Positions 51,837 through 64,000 of a stretch of 64,000 bases of DNA are shown one piece after another. Position 1 is the first letter of the stretch. Every line of letters starts with the position of its first letter. The position numbers and the translations under genes are program-made. The notes beneath the pieces were generated by a model that worked only from the letters and a program-made list of their open reading frames with translations, did no database searches and was not told where the DNA came from. Source of the stretch: the human T2T-CHM13v2.0 reference genome, Homo sapiens; the NCBI RefSeq assembly GCF_009914755.1, contig NC_060927.1; one strand, given 5' to 3'.

Positions 51837-54499
51837 TTGAGTCAGCAAGAGCAAATACTATCACGGCTAGTTAGTAAAAATAGAAAGCATTAGTAGAAGT
51901 ATTCAGTGAATTCAGGAAAGTGCCTGGAGATCTCTAAGATCCACTGAAGAGATGAACAGAATAGAAAGCCACAGGATTTATGTGGCTGTACCCACTGCAG
52001 GGAGAGCGCGAGGCCAGCTGGAGTCTGGCAGGCAGAGTGTGCGCCTGCTGAGCCAAGCCACGCAGTGCAGACCCCGCTCACTCCCTGTTGTCTTGGCAAC
52101 AGGGCTTTGGCCCCATGCTGATGACATTAAAAGGAGGAAGCCCACCTTGAAATGAAGTGAGTGCTGATCAGAGGCAGAGCCCTGTTATGTACCAGCAGCC
52201 CCACCTCACAAGAGAGAAGGAAGAGGCTGATCTAAAAGAGGAGACAAGGGCAGAATCTGAATCCTGTACACGAGGGTGAAGTAGGGCGGGCACCTGGGAG
52301 GGAGCTCTGGGACTGCCTCACCATCCTGCCCTCACTACCATCCTGCCCTCCTGCCAGTGCGGCTGTCACACACACTACAGATGTTACCCTGTGCCTCAGA
52401 GCCGTAGCTCAGGGGTGGGCTCAGGTGGGAAAGAATGGGGAGGTGGCTGGGATGCATGGCCCCTCTCTAGGATTTATCTGGCTGGAGCTTCAGCATCACA
52501 TCTTGCCTCTCTTTGCCTTTCTCTTTTCCCTGTGTCATCCGAGGGGCTGGACTCCACTGGCCAGGGGTCTGCCCGTCCACACCACCCCTAGGTATCTACC
52601 AGAGGGTGGGGCAGCTCTTGTGGGATGTCCACATGCCTGAGAGTGCAGGCCCCACCCTGGGCCACATTCTCTCTTTCCTTGAGGTGGCCTCCCCAAAGCC
52701 CCTCGCCTGTCTGGCTATGTCTTTTGAGCCTTTACACAGAAGGCAGACAACCCACCCACCCTCAAGGACAGGTTGCTGGTTTGGTGGCCTCAGTGGGTTG
52801 CAGACCTTTGAGACACAGGAAACTTATTTGCTCCTCTTGGGGAGAGAGAACAATGTCCTTGGGCCTGAGTGACCATCCGTCACCATTCCCACCGGAGCAG
52901 GGACAGAAGCACATGTTTAGCCTCTGGCAGGGCACATATATACTCAAATACTAAAATATTCCTTATGGGGTTCTCTGGGTGGTAGGATTTATGGGTGATT
53001 TTCCTTTTCTTTTTATACTTTAGTGTTGAATGACTATTTTATGATGAACTCATGTTTTTTATGACCCCTTTTTATTTTGAAAAAAGAAAATCTGTTCATC
53101 TCTTCTTGAGTGTTGAAATTGAAAACCTGTTTCCAGGTACTTTGGGTTCTTAGCCTGAACCTGTGGACTTCTGCATTGTCCCATGGGGTTTCAGGGGTCT
53201 TGTAAACCCCCAGAAGTCCAATTCACAAGACTGTGTTCGCATCGTCTTTCAGAGATGAGGATCAATCGTTTTCATCAGGTTCTCAAAGATGAGGGTCATA
53301 ACCTTCATGACCCAAAAAGGTTAAGGAGACAGGTTCTTTTCATGGTTCTTTTTGGAGGCCTGTCCTGGAAATCTCTTATTTCTAGTTTCTGTCTTGAGTG
53401 TGTGGTGATTTGGAGTCTGGTGTTGGCATCATCTAATCCAATGGCCCTGTTAGGGTAAGGCCAGTTACCAGCAGCTCCCAGAAGAGTGTGGGGTTTCCTG
53501 ACTCCTCTGAGAGGCTGCAACTGGGGCTCAAGCCCAGGCCACAGGGGGAGCCCCCATGCCCAAGCAATGGGTGGACTTAGGTCCCAGAGGCAAATGTCAG
53601 AGGAAAGGGTCAAGGAGGGAGGAGATAGAGCGTGCAAATAGCCCAGGGAGCAGAGCTCCAGGCTGATAGGATGTGCCCAGCCCTGAACTCTGCTGGAGTT
53701 CTCCGGCTCCCTGAATGCTACCAGGCGTATCAGAAGCACTTAATAAATTCTTACCTAATGTGGTTCACCATGAAGCAACATTAAGAATGAGGAAAACAAG
53801 AAAGGTTGGTGTATTGCAGCTCAAAGTGGATAGATCAAAATGGCAAGAGCAGATTCAACTGTTTGATCAATCTCATTTATGTAAAACCAAGTGTCTCAAA
53901 GTCTACAAATGTGGGCTTGACTTTTCCCATTTCACCTGTATAACATGATTCCCACTCCAGCCTTTAAAAGCAGACGATGAGAGGCAGATAACAACTGTGG
54001 ACTCTTCGTTGTGGTTCTGGTTTTCATTTGACAGTTACAGTGCACTTTTAAAATTCAGTACAGGTTAGAGACAGGGCGGGCATTTAAGATAATTTAGTGG
54101 GTTGAGGAGCACTAAGGGAATTGTGGGAACTGACAGAGCGCGTCATTATTCCTTGGCAGACCAGTGAAGGAGAGAGAATTCAAGAACCTTTTGGTTTATT
54201 TGCGGGGAGAAATTGGAGAAATTAGGTGGCAGGACTGGGGGTGTTTTAGCTTATGAGGAGACGCTATCTCAGATAAGCTGAATGTATTTAAGGGAGCCAG
54301 AAAAGCTGCTAAAATTGGAGTGGCCAAGAGGAGAAGGGAGATTGGCTGGTTGTGCTTTTGTGAAGGGGTGGACGCAGGGGTTTGATATCCCTTCCAGATC
54401 CCAAGTTGAAGGGAGCGCCTTTTAAGAGCCTGCAGGAAACAGGAATAATCACATCCAGGGGATGGATGTAGAAAATAGCATTCATTCATTCATTCATTT

Positions 54500-54655
54500 A
54501 TAAGATGGAGTCTCACTCTGTCACCCAGGCTGGAATGCAGTAGTGTGATCAGGGCTCACTGCAGCCCCGAACTCCTGAGCTCAAGCGATCCTCCTGCCTC
54601 AGTCCCCTGAGTAGCTGGAACTCTAGGCATGTGCCACCATATCCTGCTCACTTTT
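54500..54655 (-). mobile_element. Alu monomer (FRAM or AluJ right arm) preceded by (TTCA)n
   Basis: Single antisense Alu arm. Confidence 0.85.
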
Positions 54656-54719
54656 TAAACATTGAAAATAGTATTTCTTGATTCCTTACCAGAATCCATT
54701 CACAGGTGGTATCTCAACA

Positions 54720-54870
54720 TCATCATTACCACCCTGATCTGTAGGTATCATCACCTTCATTTGACAGATGAAGGAAATGAGGCACAGAGAGGCAGGGATA
54801 CTTGCCCCAGGTCACACAGCTAGGAGGTAACAGAGCCAGGACATGAATTCACATCTTTGTAATACTATAG
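54720..54870 (-). mobile_element. MIR SINE
   Basis: 'ttgacagatgaaggaaatgaggcacagagagg...cttgccccaggtcacacagcta'. Confidence 0.75.
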
Positions 54871-56127
54871 CTCATTTGCAGCCCCCAGCCCCAGGCTACC
54901 TCCCTGCATTCAGAACCATGGTAGCAGGGGCAACTGAGGACAGATGTCAGTGGAGTTCCAAGGAAAAAGTGACTGTAGTCCCCTAAGGAAGTGACTAGCC
55001 CAGTGTTGAAGTCCCAAAAAGGGCAAGGCAGACCCTGGAGCTAGGAAGGTAAACAGATAGTGGAGCTGGACCTTGGCCCCAAGAGGTTCTTTGCTGGTGT
55101 AGTCAGTGGGGTGACTTGTGTGGCAGCTGATCCCAGAGCAATGGAGACAGAGCTGAGCCAACACTTTAGCCTCATCATGCTCACATTTCCCGGGAAACTC
55201 TGGGTCCCTGATACCCAACTGTAATCTGCCAGGTATCTGTGTAATCAGAAGAAGGCTGACAGCCAAATCACACAAGCATGGGGATGGCAGGAGGGAGGGG
55301 TTTGGAAGCCATCTGACTCCCACTGCAGAAGTGTCTTCCACATGGGACAGCCTGTCTTTCCTGGAAAGGTCCCTTTATTAGCACAGCTGCCTAGAGTCAG
55401 GTCCTCATCCCTGGGCTAGTTAGCAAGGCGGAGACATGGTCCTGGAGGAGCAGCATGACAGCCCCCACCGGGCCATGGGGTTGGCATGAGAAGAGGAGCT
55501 GCTCCCAAAGGAGGATGGGTCTGTCGCCACAGAAGGAAGTGGGGAGAGATGAGCTGACCCAGGGTTGGGGCCCTTCATTGTGCTCCATTAAAGTCAGTTT
55601 CAAGGCACCTGCAAGGAGCTTGCATACAGCAGTTTCCTAAGGCAAGAAGAAGGCCACATATGCAGGTAGATTTCTGTCCTTGGCCCTATCCCAGGGCCTT
55701 GGTATAGGGAGGTGACCTGGATATCAGGGAGGTTGGCTTGACACCCTAGGGGAAAGAAACTGGTGTGTCCTTGTGCAAGTCAGAGTAACTCCCAGATAAT
55801 GAGGTGGCAGCAGATACTCGGTTATAACTTTATCTGCTGCCCCTATGGTTGTTGAGTTTCAGGGATAACTAAGGTGCCCTGAGGTTCAAAGGCTAGACAG
55901 GGGTTTGTGGCCTAGCAACCTGTGCTGTTATGATCTGACTCTGACCCTGGCCTTTTCCCTCCTTATTTTCTATTCCATGGGGACCATCAATGGAATAAAC
56001 AAAAAATCAAAATGAGCAAATCATCATTAGATGAAACATGTCTCTCTAAACAAGTTTCTAGTGTTCGCTACTAACCCAAGTCTAGTTGATTAAGTCGTGT
56101 TTTGCTTAAAGCTGTTATTGACCACTC

Positions 56128-56572
56128 CTGGGCTCTCTAGAGGGACAGAACTAATGGAATATATACGTATATATATATTTATAAAGGGGAGTTTATTAAG
56201 TATTAACTCACATGATCACAAGGTCCCACAATAGGCTGTCGGCAGGCTGGGGAGCAAGGAAAGCCAGTCCAAGTTCCAAAACTGAGGAACTTGGATCCGA
56301 TGTTCAAGGGCAGGGCGCATCCAGCATGGGAGAAAGATGTAGGTTGGGAGGCTAGGCCAGCCTGTCTATTCATATTTTTTCTGCCTGCTTATATTCCAGC
56401 TGCATTGGCAGCTTATTAGATTGTGCCCACCCAGATTGAGGGTGGGTCTGCCTTTCCCAGCCCACTGACTCAAATGTAAATCTCCTTTGGCAGCACACTC
56501 ATAGACACACCAAGGAGCAATACTTTGTGTTCTTCAACCCAATCAAGTGGACACCCAGTATTAACCATCACA
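56128..56572 (-). mobile_element. MLT2A (HERV-L) solo LTR
   Basis: 'ctctagagggacagaactaatgg', 'aaggggagtttattaagtattaactcacatgatcac'; ends 'cagtattaaccatcaca'. Confidence 0.88.
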
Positions 56573-58164
56573 TCTGGTAACTTCCCAATATTTCCTTTAT
56601 ATCCATGTCTTCACTGCATCGTTTCCATACCTGCACCCCCCAACCAGCAACCAGTGAGTGCAGGGGGCCCCGTGCCTGAGAAGGCTATTTTCTCCTTATG
56701 GTCCATGTGCTTTCTCCCCACCTTTTCTTATTTAATGTCTGACTGTCCCCCGCAACTGGATTGTAAACCCCGTGAGGGCAGAGACCTTGTCCATTTTATT
56801 CTCTGAAGAATCCCCAGCATGTGCTCCATACATGTTGGATGGCCAGATGGACAAATGCATAAATACCGAGCTTAGTGGGTGAGCAGGTCCGGGCTTACAG
56901 GCTTCAGGACCTTAGGTAACTCCCTTGACCTGCCTCTGCCTAAGGTCTACTGTCTGGCTGATGGTTACTCTTCCTAGGTTGAGATCCAAAGCTGGGAAAA
57001 GCAGAGAGAGGATCAGTTTGGCTTGCATCCTAGCTATAGCTATGGGAATGTTTACTAGTAATACATACAGAGTCATCCACTGTGCATTCGGGAGATGGGG
57101 TGGGGAAGGGTGGTGGGGAGGGAGCCTGCGTGGGATAGCATCTGGTTGTTTTACTCATGATTCTAAGAAATTTGTTGGTTGCTTTTGAGAGGGAGGGTCC
57201 CAAGGAGATGCTTTAGAGGTCATGTTCTCTGCCATTTCTTTGAAATTGAGACCTTGTCGGCATCTTTACACATGAGGGTTATAGATGTGTGGACAGGATG
57301 AAAGTGATCGTAGATGAGATGAGCAGAGAACACCGCCATAAAAGAGAGGCTTATTTCCAAAGGTAGCTTACGGAAATTTGCCCTCCTACTTGGTAATCAC
57401 ACCACAGAGAAATTGCATGCCCGTTGGTACAGAGTTAATCATCAGTAAAAGATATCTCGTATCCTGTTATTCGTGTTGGTCCTGGTGGCACAGTGGCCCC
57501 AGGACACTCATTTAGATTCATGGGTTTTCCCACCTACATAATGAAACTCGTTATCCTTCCATCTATTTATCTGCCCACTATTCTTTCTGATGCCCCCACA
57601 GCCTCTTTCTCTTGCCCTGTGACATCTGAGCTGCTGTCATCTGCCTGAGGTCAGCAGAGTTTCTAATTGTTCCACAGGACAGCTAGAGGCACGGGGGGCC
57701 TGGGCAAAGCCTGCTGGGAGGAGCAGTGTCCTGGAGCAGTGTCTGCCCCCAGCCCCTGGGTCTGTCCCTCAGCTCCCTTTATCTAGGTGATCGGGGCAAG
57801 CCTCAAGAGCTGATGTGGTGAGTAGCACAGCACCAGGGCAGAGGCGGCCTGCAGCCCGGGGTCTGCTCCTCCAGGCCCCTTCCCAGCCTTCCTCCTGGAG
57901 CCCGGCCTGCACATCGACCCTGGTGAGGCCAACCTGACCAGGCCTTACGGGACCCAAGGCGTATCCTGAGCCAGCTTGCTGACCCCCATCTGCCATGTTT
58001 GGCTGTGTTTCACGGCCTCCCCTCTGCTCCTCTCCTCTTCCCCTCCACACAGCCAGCTTCATCAGTTTTTCAGGCCCAGCTAGGTGTCTCCTCTGGGAAG
58101 CCTGTTTGGATGCCCCTCACCCCAGACTGGTTCGGCAACCCTCAGTGCTCCACATGAGGAGTCA

Positions 58165-58216
58165 ATGAGATATTTCATCAAAAGCATGGAGCACAGCGTC
58201 TGCCCCAGTTCAGCAG
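58165..58216 (+). CDS. PXYLP1: Candidate alternative coding start segment, MRYFIKSMEHSVCPSSA + phase-1 donor
   Basis: GCAG|GTATTT donor in frame with exon 61935; second in-frame ATG in good context (agcATGG). Confidence 0.4.
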
Positions 58217-59490
58217 GTATTTTTGGAAGACCTATCCTCTGTCAGTCAGCGGGGGATATAAATGTGAAAGACGCACACTCCCAGCCCTCTGGATGTTTGG
58301 GATGGCAGGGTGACAAACTGGGACACCCCTGCTTGCATATACTATGCTGTGAGCCATGACGGCAGCAGGAACTGGGTAGGCTCATAGAAGAGGATGTGGG
58401 AACTGGGGATTCAGGGCGGGCTTCCTGGAGGAGGTGACCCTAGGATCAGTTACAGTGTTGGTCAGATTTCGGGAGCAGAGGGTGAGAGTAGAGTTGCCAG
58501 CAAACGGTGGAGCATAGGCGAGAAACATCCTGTGGGGTGGGATGGCTCAGAGCAGCTCAGAACAGTGAGAACCAAGTTGGGATTGGGGTCAAGATGGAGC
58601 TGGGGAGACTTCTCCTCACAGCTTCTATGTGTCAGGACCTGTTTTGAATGCCTGGTATTGGGAAGGCCCCTTGTGAACTGATGCTATGTCCTGGTGACTC
58701 AGGGAGGTACAAATAGTACAGGGTGATCTCACACTCTGAACTAGTAGACACAGTTGACAGGCCCAGATACCAGAGGAAGCAGCAGATAAAATCTTTCTGG
58801 AGAGAAGGTCTCATTCTGATCTTTATCTGTGGTTTTCAAACCACTGCTTCCTTGGGTCATGGGTGGGTCATTTGCACCCAACCACCATGGTTCCCAAATG
58901 GCAGCCACAACAGGCCTCACCCCGGGTGCTTATAGATGAACTAGCAAACTGTGGGCACTCTAGGACACCCACTGTCCTCACCTGTGCCCCTCCATTTCTG
59001 TGTCACTCATATTATCCTGTCTCCTTAGCTGCTTCTGTCCCTGGCCCAGACTCCAAGGGAGTGTGCCCACAGGCATGGCCAAGGGGCCAGGACTTGGTAG
59101 ATTTCACAAAAGAGCAGAATCAAGGACTGAGCCAGCCAGAAGGGCCAGGTCACTAAGAGACTGCCTTAGCACTTTTCTATATTTCCGTGCTCTTGTGCTA
59201 ATCCCCCTGTAGTGAATTCCCTCTGAACACCTGGGCTGTGTTAGCCATCCTAGCACCTTCCAACTACTGGAAAGAAAGTGGCCCTAGGAGCAACCAAAGG
59301 GCTAATGTTGGGTGGGTGAATCACCAGTTCTGTATCTCTGTGATTGTTGTTTTGGTAACACAAGTAATGAAGGGAAATACGTTCACTGTAAAAAAAAAAA
59401 AAATGCTTACCTAGACAGCATAGAAATACAGAAATATATATTTCTATACATATAGAATACATTAATATGTGCTTACTATAAATACATATG

Positions 59491-59829
59491 CAGTCATGTA
59501 CCACATAATGACTTCCATCAACGACAGAACACATATATGACAGTGGTGCCATATTATAATACCATATTTTTACTGTATTCTTTCTAAGTCGAGATATGTT
59601 TAGATACACAAGTACTTACCATTGTGTTACAACTGCTTACAACATTCAGTGCGGTAACATGCAGTTCAGGTTTGTAGCCTAGGAGCGGCAGGCTGACCAA
59701 ATAGCCTAGGTGTGTAGAAAGCTCTACCATCTAGGTTTGTGTAAGTGCACTCTATGATGTTTACACTATGACAAAATTGCCTAAGGGCCATCTCTCAGTG
59801 CCTCCCCATTGTTACGCAACTCATGACTG
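59491..59829. mobile_element. Tigger3a (MER7A)-like MITE
   Basis: TIRs cagtcatg...catgactg followed by TA; 'aggtttgtagcctaggagc', 'ctaggtttgtgtaagtgcactctatgatgtt'. Confidence 0.85.
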
Positions 59830-59849
59830 TACGTATATGTGTGTGCGAA

Positions 59850-60790
59850 TATACAAACAAGTAAAAATACTTTTTCACACCCCATTCCATCCTTTCCCAG
59901 AGGAAAACCACTGCTGTGTTATGATGGATAACCTTCTAGACATTTTTTCTATGCATTTACGTAATAAACAAATCCCTGTATATTTATGCATTTATGGTTT
60001 GTTTTTTTTCTTTACACAAAGAGGATTATATCAGTATACAGTGACTTGGTGTATTCACTTCACTTAATTTATCTTTGATTCTTTTCCCTTCTTTTTAACT
60101 GGGATAGAACATTCCACAGTAGGGACATAACGTTCTGTTCTGCTAGAGATGGATATTTAGGTTATTTCCCTTTTTTGTTATTACAAACAGCACTGCAGGG
60201 AATCTCTTTGGCCACACATTTTTGTGCGTGGGCATCGCTATCTTTATAGATACAGAATGGATTCCAAGACGTAGAATAACGAGATCGGGGGTAGTGCACA
60301 TATACCATTTTGATGGCTACTGCCAAACACTCCCGAGAGGTGCCGGTTTCCACCCTCCCCATGATGTTTGGAAGCGTCAGGTTTCTCACACCCTTCCCAA
60401 TATTGAGTGTTATCATTAAAACATGATTTTCCAGTTTGATGAGGAAAAATTATTAATATAGTCCACTGTTTGATTTATATTTCTTTAATTATGAATAAAC
60501 AATTATGAAAAACAGTATCACACTGTTGTTTTATCTGTATCTAATTATGAACAAACTTAAGCATCTCTTCATGTGTTTATTGGCCATTGGTATTTATTTT
60601 TCTGCGATTAGCCTGTTCATATCCTTTAATGATTTTTCAGGTGTAGGGTCTCTTATGGACTTTGGATATTAATCATTTGTCTGTTAGGTTAGTTGCAAAT
60701 ATTTTTCTCTCAGTGTGTTGCCTTTTATCTTTGTTTATGGCATCTGTTTGCCAAAGGGAAGTTTTAAATATTTATGTAGAAGAATTTGTA
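59850..60790 (-). mobile_element. Old L1 (L1ME-like) 3' fragment, antisense
   Basis: 'gatggatatttaggttatttcc', 'gcatctcttcatgtgtttattggccatt', 'ggatattaatc...gttgcaaatatttttctc'. Confidence 0.7.
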
Positions 60791-61934
60791 GAAGTAATTA
60801 GGGAATTTACATTGATTTAGGCTGGTGGTTGGTCCCTGTTTTAGCTATTGTTCGTGCGCATGTGTAGATATTATGGTGATTAATAAATCTTTTAGAAGTT
60901 AAAAAGATCTGTGAGCACACTTATTTTCATGTGTTTCCCTCAAAGGGCGGATGCTGAAAGTATGACTATACTGTGTTGGGAGTTCTAGAGGATCTATGAT
61001 GCTACAAAGACATTCCCTAGGCACGGAGAGATTAGGGACCACTGAGACAGAAGCTGTTCATGAGGGATAGATGGCTGGGCAGCCCCACATTTCCATTCTT
61101 ACAGATTAGCATCCGAAAGAAAAAGAGCACCTCTTCTAGAGTCTGTATATCACCTGTCTCGAGGAAAGGGAGTCCAGTTGCCCCATTACTACCCTTATTG
61201 ACTCTGGTCACATGTCCACCCCTGCCAGGGGGTGGGGACACTGTGATTGACAGTCCAGCCTGACCACACGTGGTGGTGAAGGGTCAGCTCACTAATGGAA
61301 TGAGGGTAGTAGATGGACAAGCACACAGATTGCAAGACCCACACATGCCACGCCGAAGACAGTGGCAGGGAAGCTGGCCTGAAGTCAAGGAGTAAGCGTG
61401 AGACAGGCTTTCACCCACCACACATGCCTTGGTCCTTGGCTTTCTTCTGTAAAGTGCTCTCATGGGTTAGATGAGCGACTCTGAAGGCCCACAAAGCATA
61501 AAGCAGATGATGATAAATGGGATATGTCAGACACCCACATCTGGCACCTAGCAGGTCTTCAATGAGGAATGATGGTTTTCCTCCTTCTTGTTGTTACTGG
61601 AATTAAAGGGCATTAGGAAGAGGTAATCAGGTCCTAAGAAGTTAGTGTGTGAGTTCTTCCTCCAACTGCCCTGAGAGAGGCCCCTTTGCTTGGGAGGCTC
61701 CCCTGGTGTTGAATAGATGATAAGGAGAGGGTAGTGGCAGTGACGAAGGGGCAGGACACAGTGGGGCTCAGAAGCCCTTCTTGAATGGGAAGCTGACTTC
61801 TGCTCCACTGAAGTGCACCTTGATTCTCAGTGTAAGAATAGCTCCTCAAAGTGAAATCCAGCCCTGCGCTGGGCCTTGCAGCTGGCCTGGCGCCCCAGGA
61901 ACTGTGCGTCACAACCTGCCTTACTTCGTTTCAG

Positions 61935-62093
61935 TCCACCTGATCCCGGTGTCGACTCCTAAGAATGGAATGAGTAGCAAGAGTCGAAAGAGAATCATGC
62001 CCGACCCTGTGACGGAGCCCCCTGTGACAGACCCCGTTTATGAAGCTCTTTTGTACTGCAACATCCCCAGCGTGGCCGAGCGCAGCATGGAAG
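61935..62093 (+). CDS. PXYLP1: PXYLP1 coding exon 2 (159 nt): (F)HLIPVSTPKNGMSSKSRKRIMPDPVTEPPVTDPVYEALLYCNIPSVAERSME
   Basis: ttcgtttcag| acceptor; AAG|GTAGGC donor; phase 1-1; recognised sequence. Confidence 0.97.
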
Positions 62094-62970
62094 GTAGGCC
62101 TGACTGTGCCACCAGGACAGATACCCCTTTGGGGACTAGTTATTCCAGCAGCATTGCACAGCAGTAAGGAGCAAGATGGCCAGGACCCAAGTCCTGCAGT
62201 TGCCACCAGGCTGTGCCCTTGAATGAGTTCCTGGGTCCTTGCATTCTCCTCTATAAAATGGGAGTAACTCACAGGACTTATGCCTGGGACTGGGGAGGTT
62301 TCAGTAACTGCTCTGAACATACCACGTGGCTCACGATCAACCCACCACAAATGTTTGCCATCATCATGATCTTTAGTGAGACAGCAGCAAGGTAGAAAGG
62401 TGGCCTTGGCAGGCACTAGTGCAGCACATTGAGACACTCTGCTTTTCAGGGTAGCCTCTTGGGACTCAGGATGTCCACAGGATGTCCTGCTGGCGTCTTG
62501 CCATAGAAGTGAGGCAATTTCTACAAGTTTTGCTTTTGTAAAAGTGTATCAGAGCATAGTGTTGAATCCTTATTGATCTCTTTATGCCTTCTCTGGTCTC
62601 ATGAAAGATTTAAAGCAGAAATCATTGTTTCTAGTATTTCCGTGGCTCTCTCCCTGGTCTGTGCATGTGAGTGAGGCCACATTAGTAGTCATGCCCGCAT
62701 TTCACCAGCCTCCCGTTGTTTCCAGGAGGTCTGGGACATAATCAGCCTACTCATGTTCCTCTGTCCCGCCTTGTAAGACTATTCAGTGGCCCCCATCCAG
62801 AATGGCAGCCAGGGCCCCTTCACTGTGGTGGCTCTGCAAACCCACGGTGGCCCCTGCTGCCTCCGGCTCAGATTCCCAGCCCAAATGTGGCCAGGTCATC
62901 CCCTTGGCCCCCTTCTAAAAGGATTGACACCTATTGAGTGATAACCAGACAATGTGCTTCTCTCGCGCAG

Positions 62971-63097
62971 GTCATGCCCCGCATCATTTTAAGCTGGTCT
63001 CAGTGCATGTGTTCATTCGCCACGGAGACAGGTACCCACTGTATGTCATTCCCAAAACAAAGCGACCAGAAATTGACTGCACTCTGGTGGCTAACAG
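62971..63097 (+). CDS. PXYLP1: PXYLP1 coding exon 3 (127 nt): (G)HAPHHFKLVSVHVFIRHGDRYPLYVIPKTKRPEIDCTLVAN(R)
   Basis: ctctcgcgcag| acceptor; CAG|GTAAAT donor; RHGxRxP histidine acid phosphatase motif at 63018-63038 (His97). Confidence 0.97.
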
Positions 63098-63369
63098 GTA
63101 AATTGCACTTTTTCTAAAAGTCATTTTCAAGTGTCTGTTATATCCTGTAGGATAGAGAATGACAGGACCTACACTTGGTGAACCATACTGTTTGCAGGAG
63201 CCTGAGCTCAGAGCAGTCCTACATGTGAGTGCCATTATACAGTTGAAAAGATGGAGGCCCACAGAGGCGGGGACACCTGTTTGAAGCAACACAGCAGATA
63301 TACTGAGCCCAGGCCAGTCTGAGGCTCACCCTCCCACCCTGATGTTTTTCACTTTAATAAACAGTTGGG

Positions 63370-63590
63370 ACACAGTACAGTGAGCACTGAGTTAAGAGTC
63401 CTCCGCCCCAGCTCACCTGCTCCATTCAGAGCAGCGGGCAAGCCCCTTAGTGTCCTCTGAGCCTCAGCCTCCTACCTCTGAAACGGGGATCACAAGGCTC
63501 CCCATGCAAAGTTGGGGCAAAGAGTAAGTGAGATGACACAGACAAATGCACGTTAGCAATTGCAGAGCCATATAAATGTAAGAATTATTT
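63370..63590 (+). mobile_element. MIR SINE
   Basis: 'cctctctgagcctcag'-like core, 'ctgaaacggggat', tail 'tataaatgtaag'. Confidence 0.6.
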
Positions 63591-64000
63591 CACCCTTCTA
63601 ATTTTTCACTGGAGTAGAGGCAGCCTGTTCTTGGTTGAAAGCCCTTAGGATGAAAAATAATTGAACAGAGTGTGGAAATTGTATGGAAATGGCATGGCTC
63701 TAAAATTAGAGGCATAGTTAGCAATAAAATATTGGGCTAGACCTCAGCAAATGTGTCTGGAGGCACATAACATTCTAGCAGAGTTTAGTGAATGAGGTCA
63801 GGAGATGAAGTGCTCAGTGGGGAAGACGTTATTTTGATGGAATGCTTCTGGGATGCCAGCCTGCCCCGGGAGGGCGAGCCTGGTGGAGCCATGGATTACC
63901 TCACTACAGCCAGGGCTGTTCTTTAAAAGTGACACTTTGTAGCTCGTCTTGCAGGGCCCCTGTCACAGTGATGCCAGGACCCTCTAATGGGGCCATTTTT

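Noticed and set aside
61781-61934. ORF-track extension upstream of exon 61935
   Set aside because: Intronic read-through upstream of a canonical acceptor; the start is not an ATG
63029-63037. Cryptic donor CAG|GTACCC inside the RHGDRYP codons
   Set aside because: Weak +4 to +6 match and explained by coding constraint

Overview
Primate (very probably human) genomic DNA containing the 5' part of PXYLP1 (ACPL2, 2-phosphoxylose phosphatase 1; human 3q23 by recollection) on the + strand. Positions 1-14.6 kb are repeat-rich sequence with no gene I can support (L2, MLT1, a ~4 kb old L1 with a nested AluJ and a Tigger3 fragment). A CpG-island promoter (~14.65-16.2 kb) carries exon 1. It is followed by two candidate 5'UTR cassette exons (17775-17877, 18445-18515), the start-codon/signal-anchor exon (43714-43845), and two further coding exons (61935-62093, 62971-63097), the latter encoding the RHGDRYP histidine-phosphatase motif. 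The gene continues beyond the window. The introns hold Alus, MaLR/ERVL LTRs, Tigger and MER5 DNA elements, MIRs, an RPL31 processed pseudogene and a 432-bp unbroken purine-pyrimidine repeat. The main observations are: (1) four ATG-containing segments that all end in phase-1 donors compatible with the 61935 exon, suggesting swappable N-termini; (2) a ~180-bp inverted copy, inserted into an Alu, of the donor region of one of these segments, which could mask it as a pre-mRNA hairpin; (3) a chain of uORFs linked by two ccATGA stop-start overlaps in the long 5'UTR. Nearly all ORF-track entries are spurious. Repeat subfamily names are from recognition by eye, not from a search.
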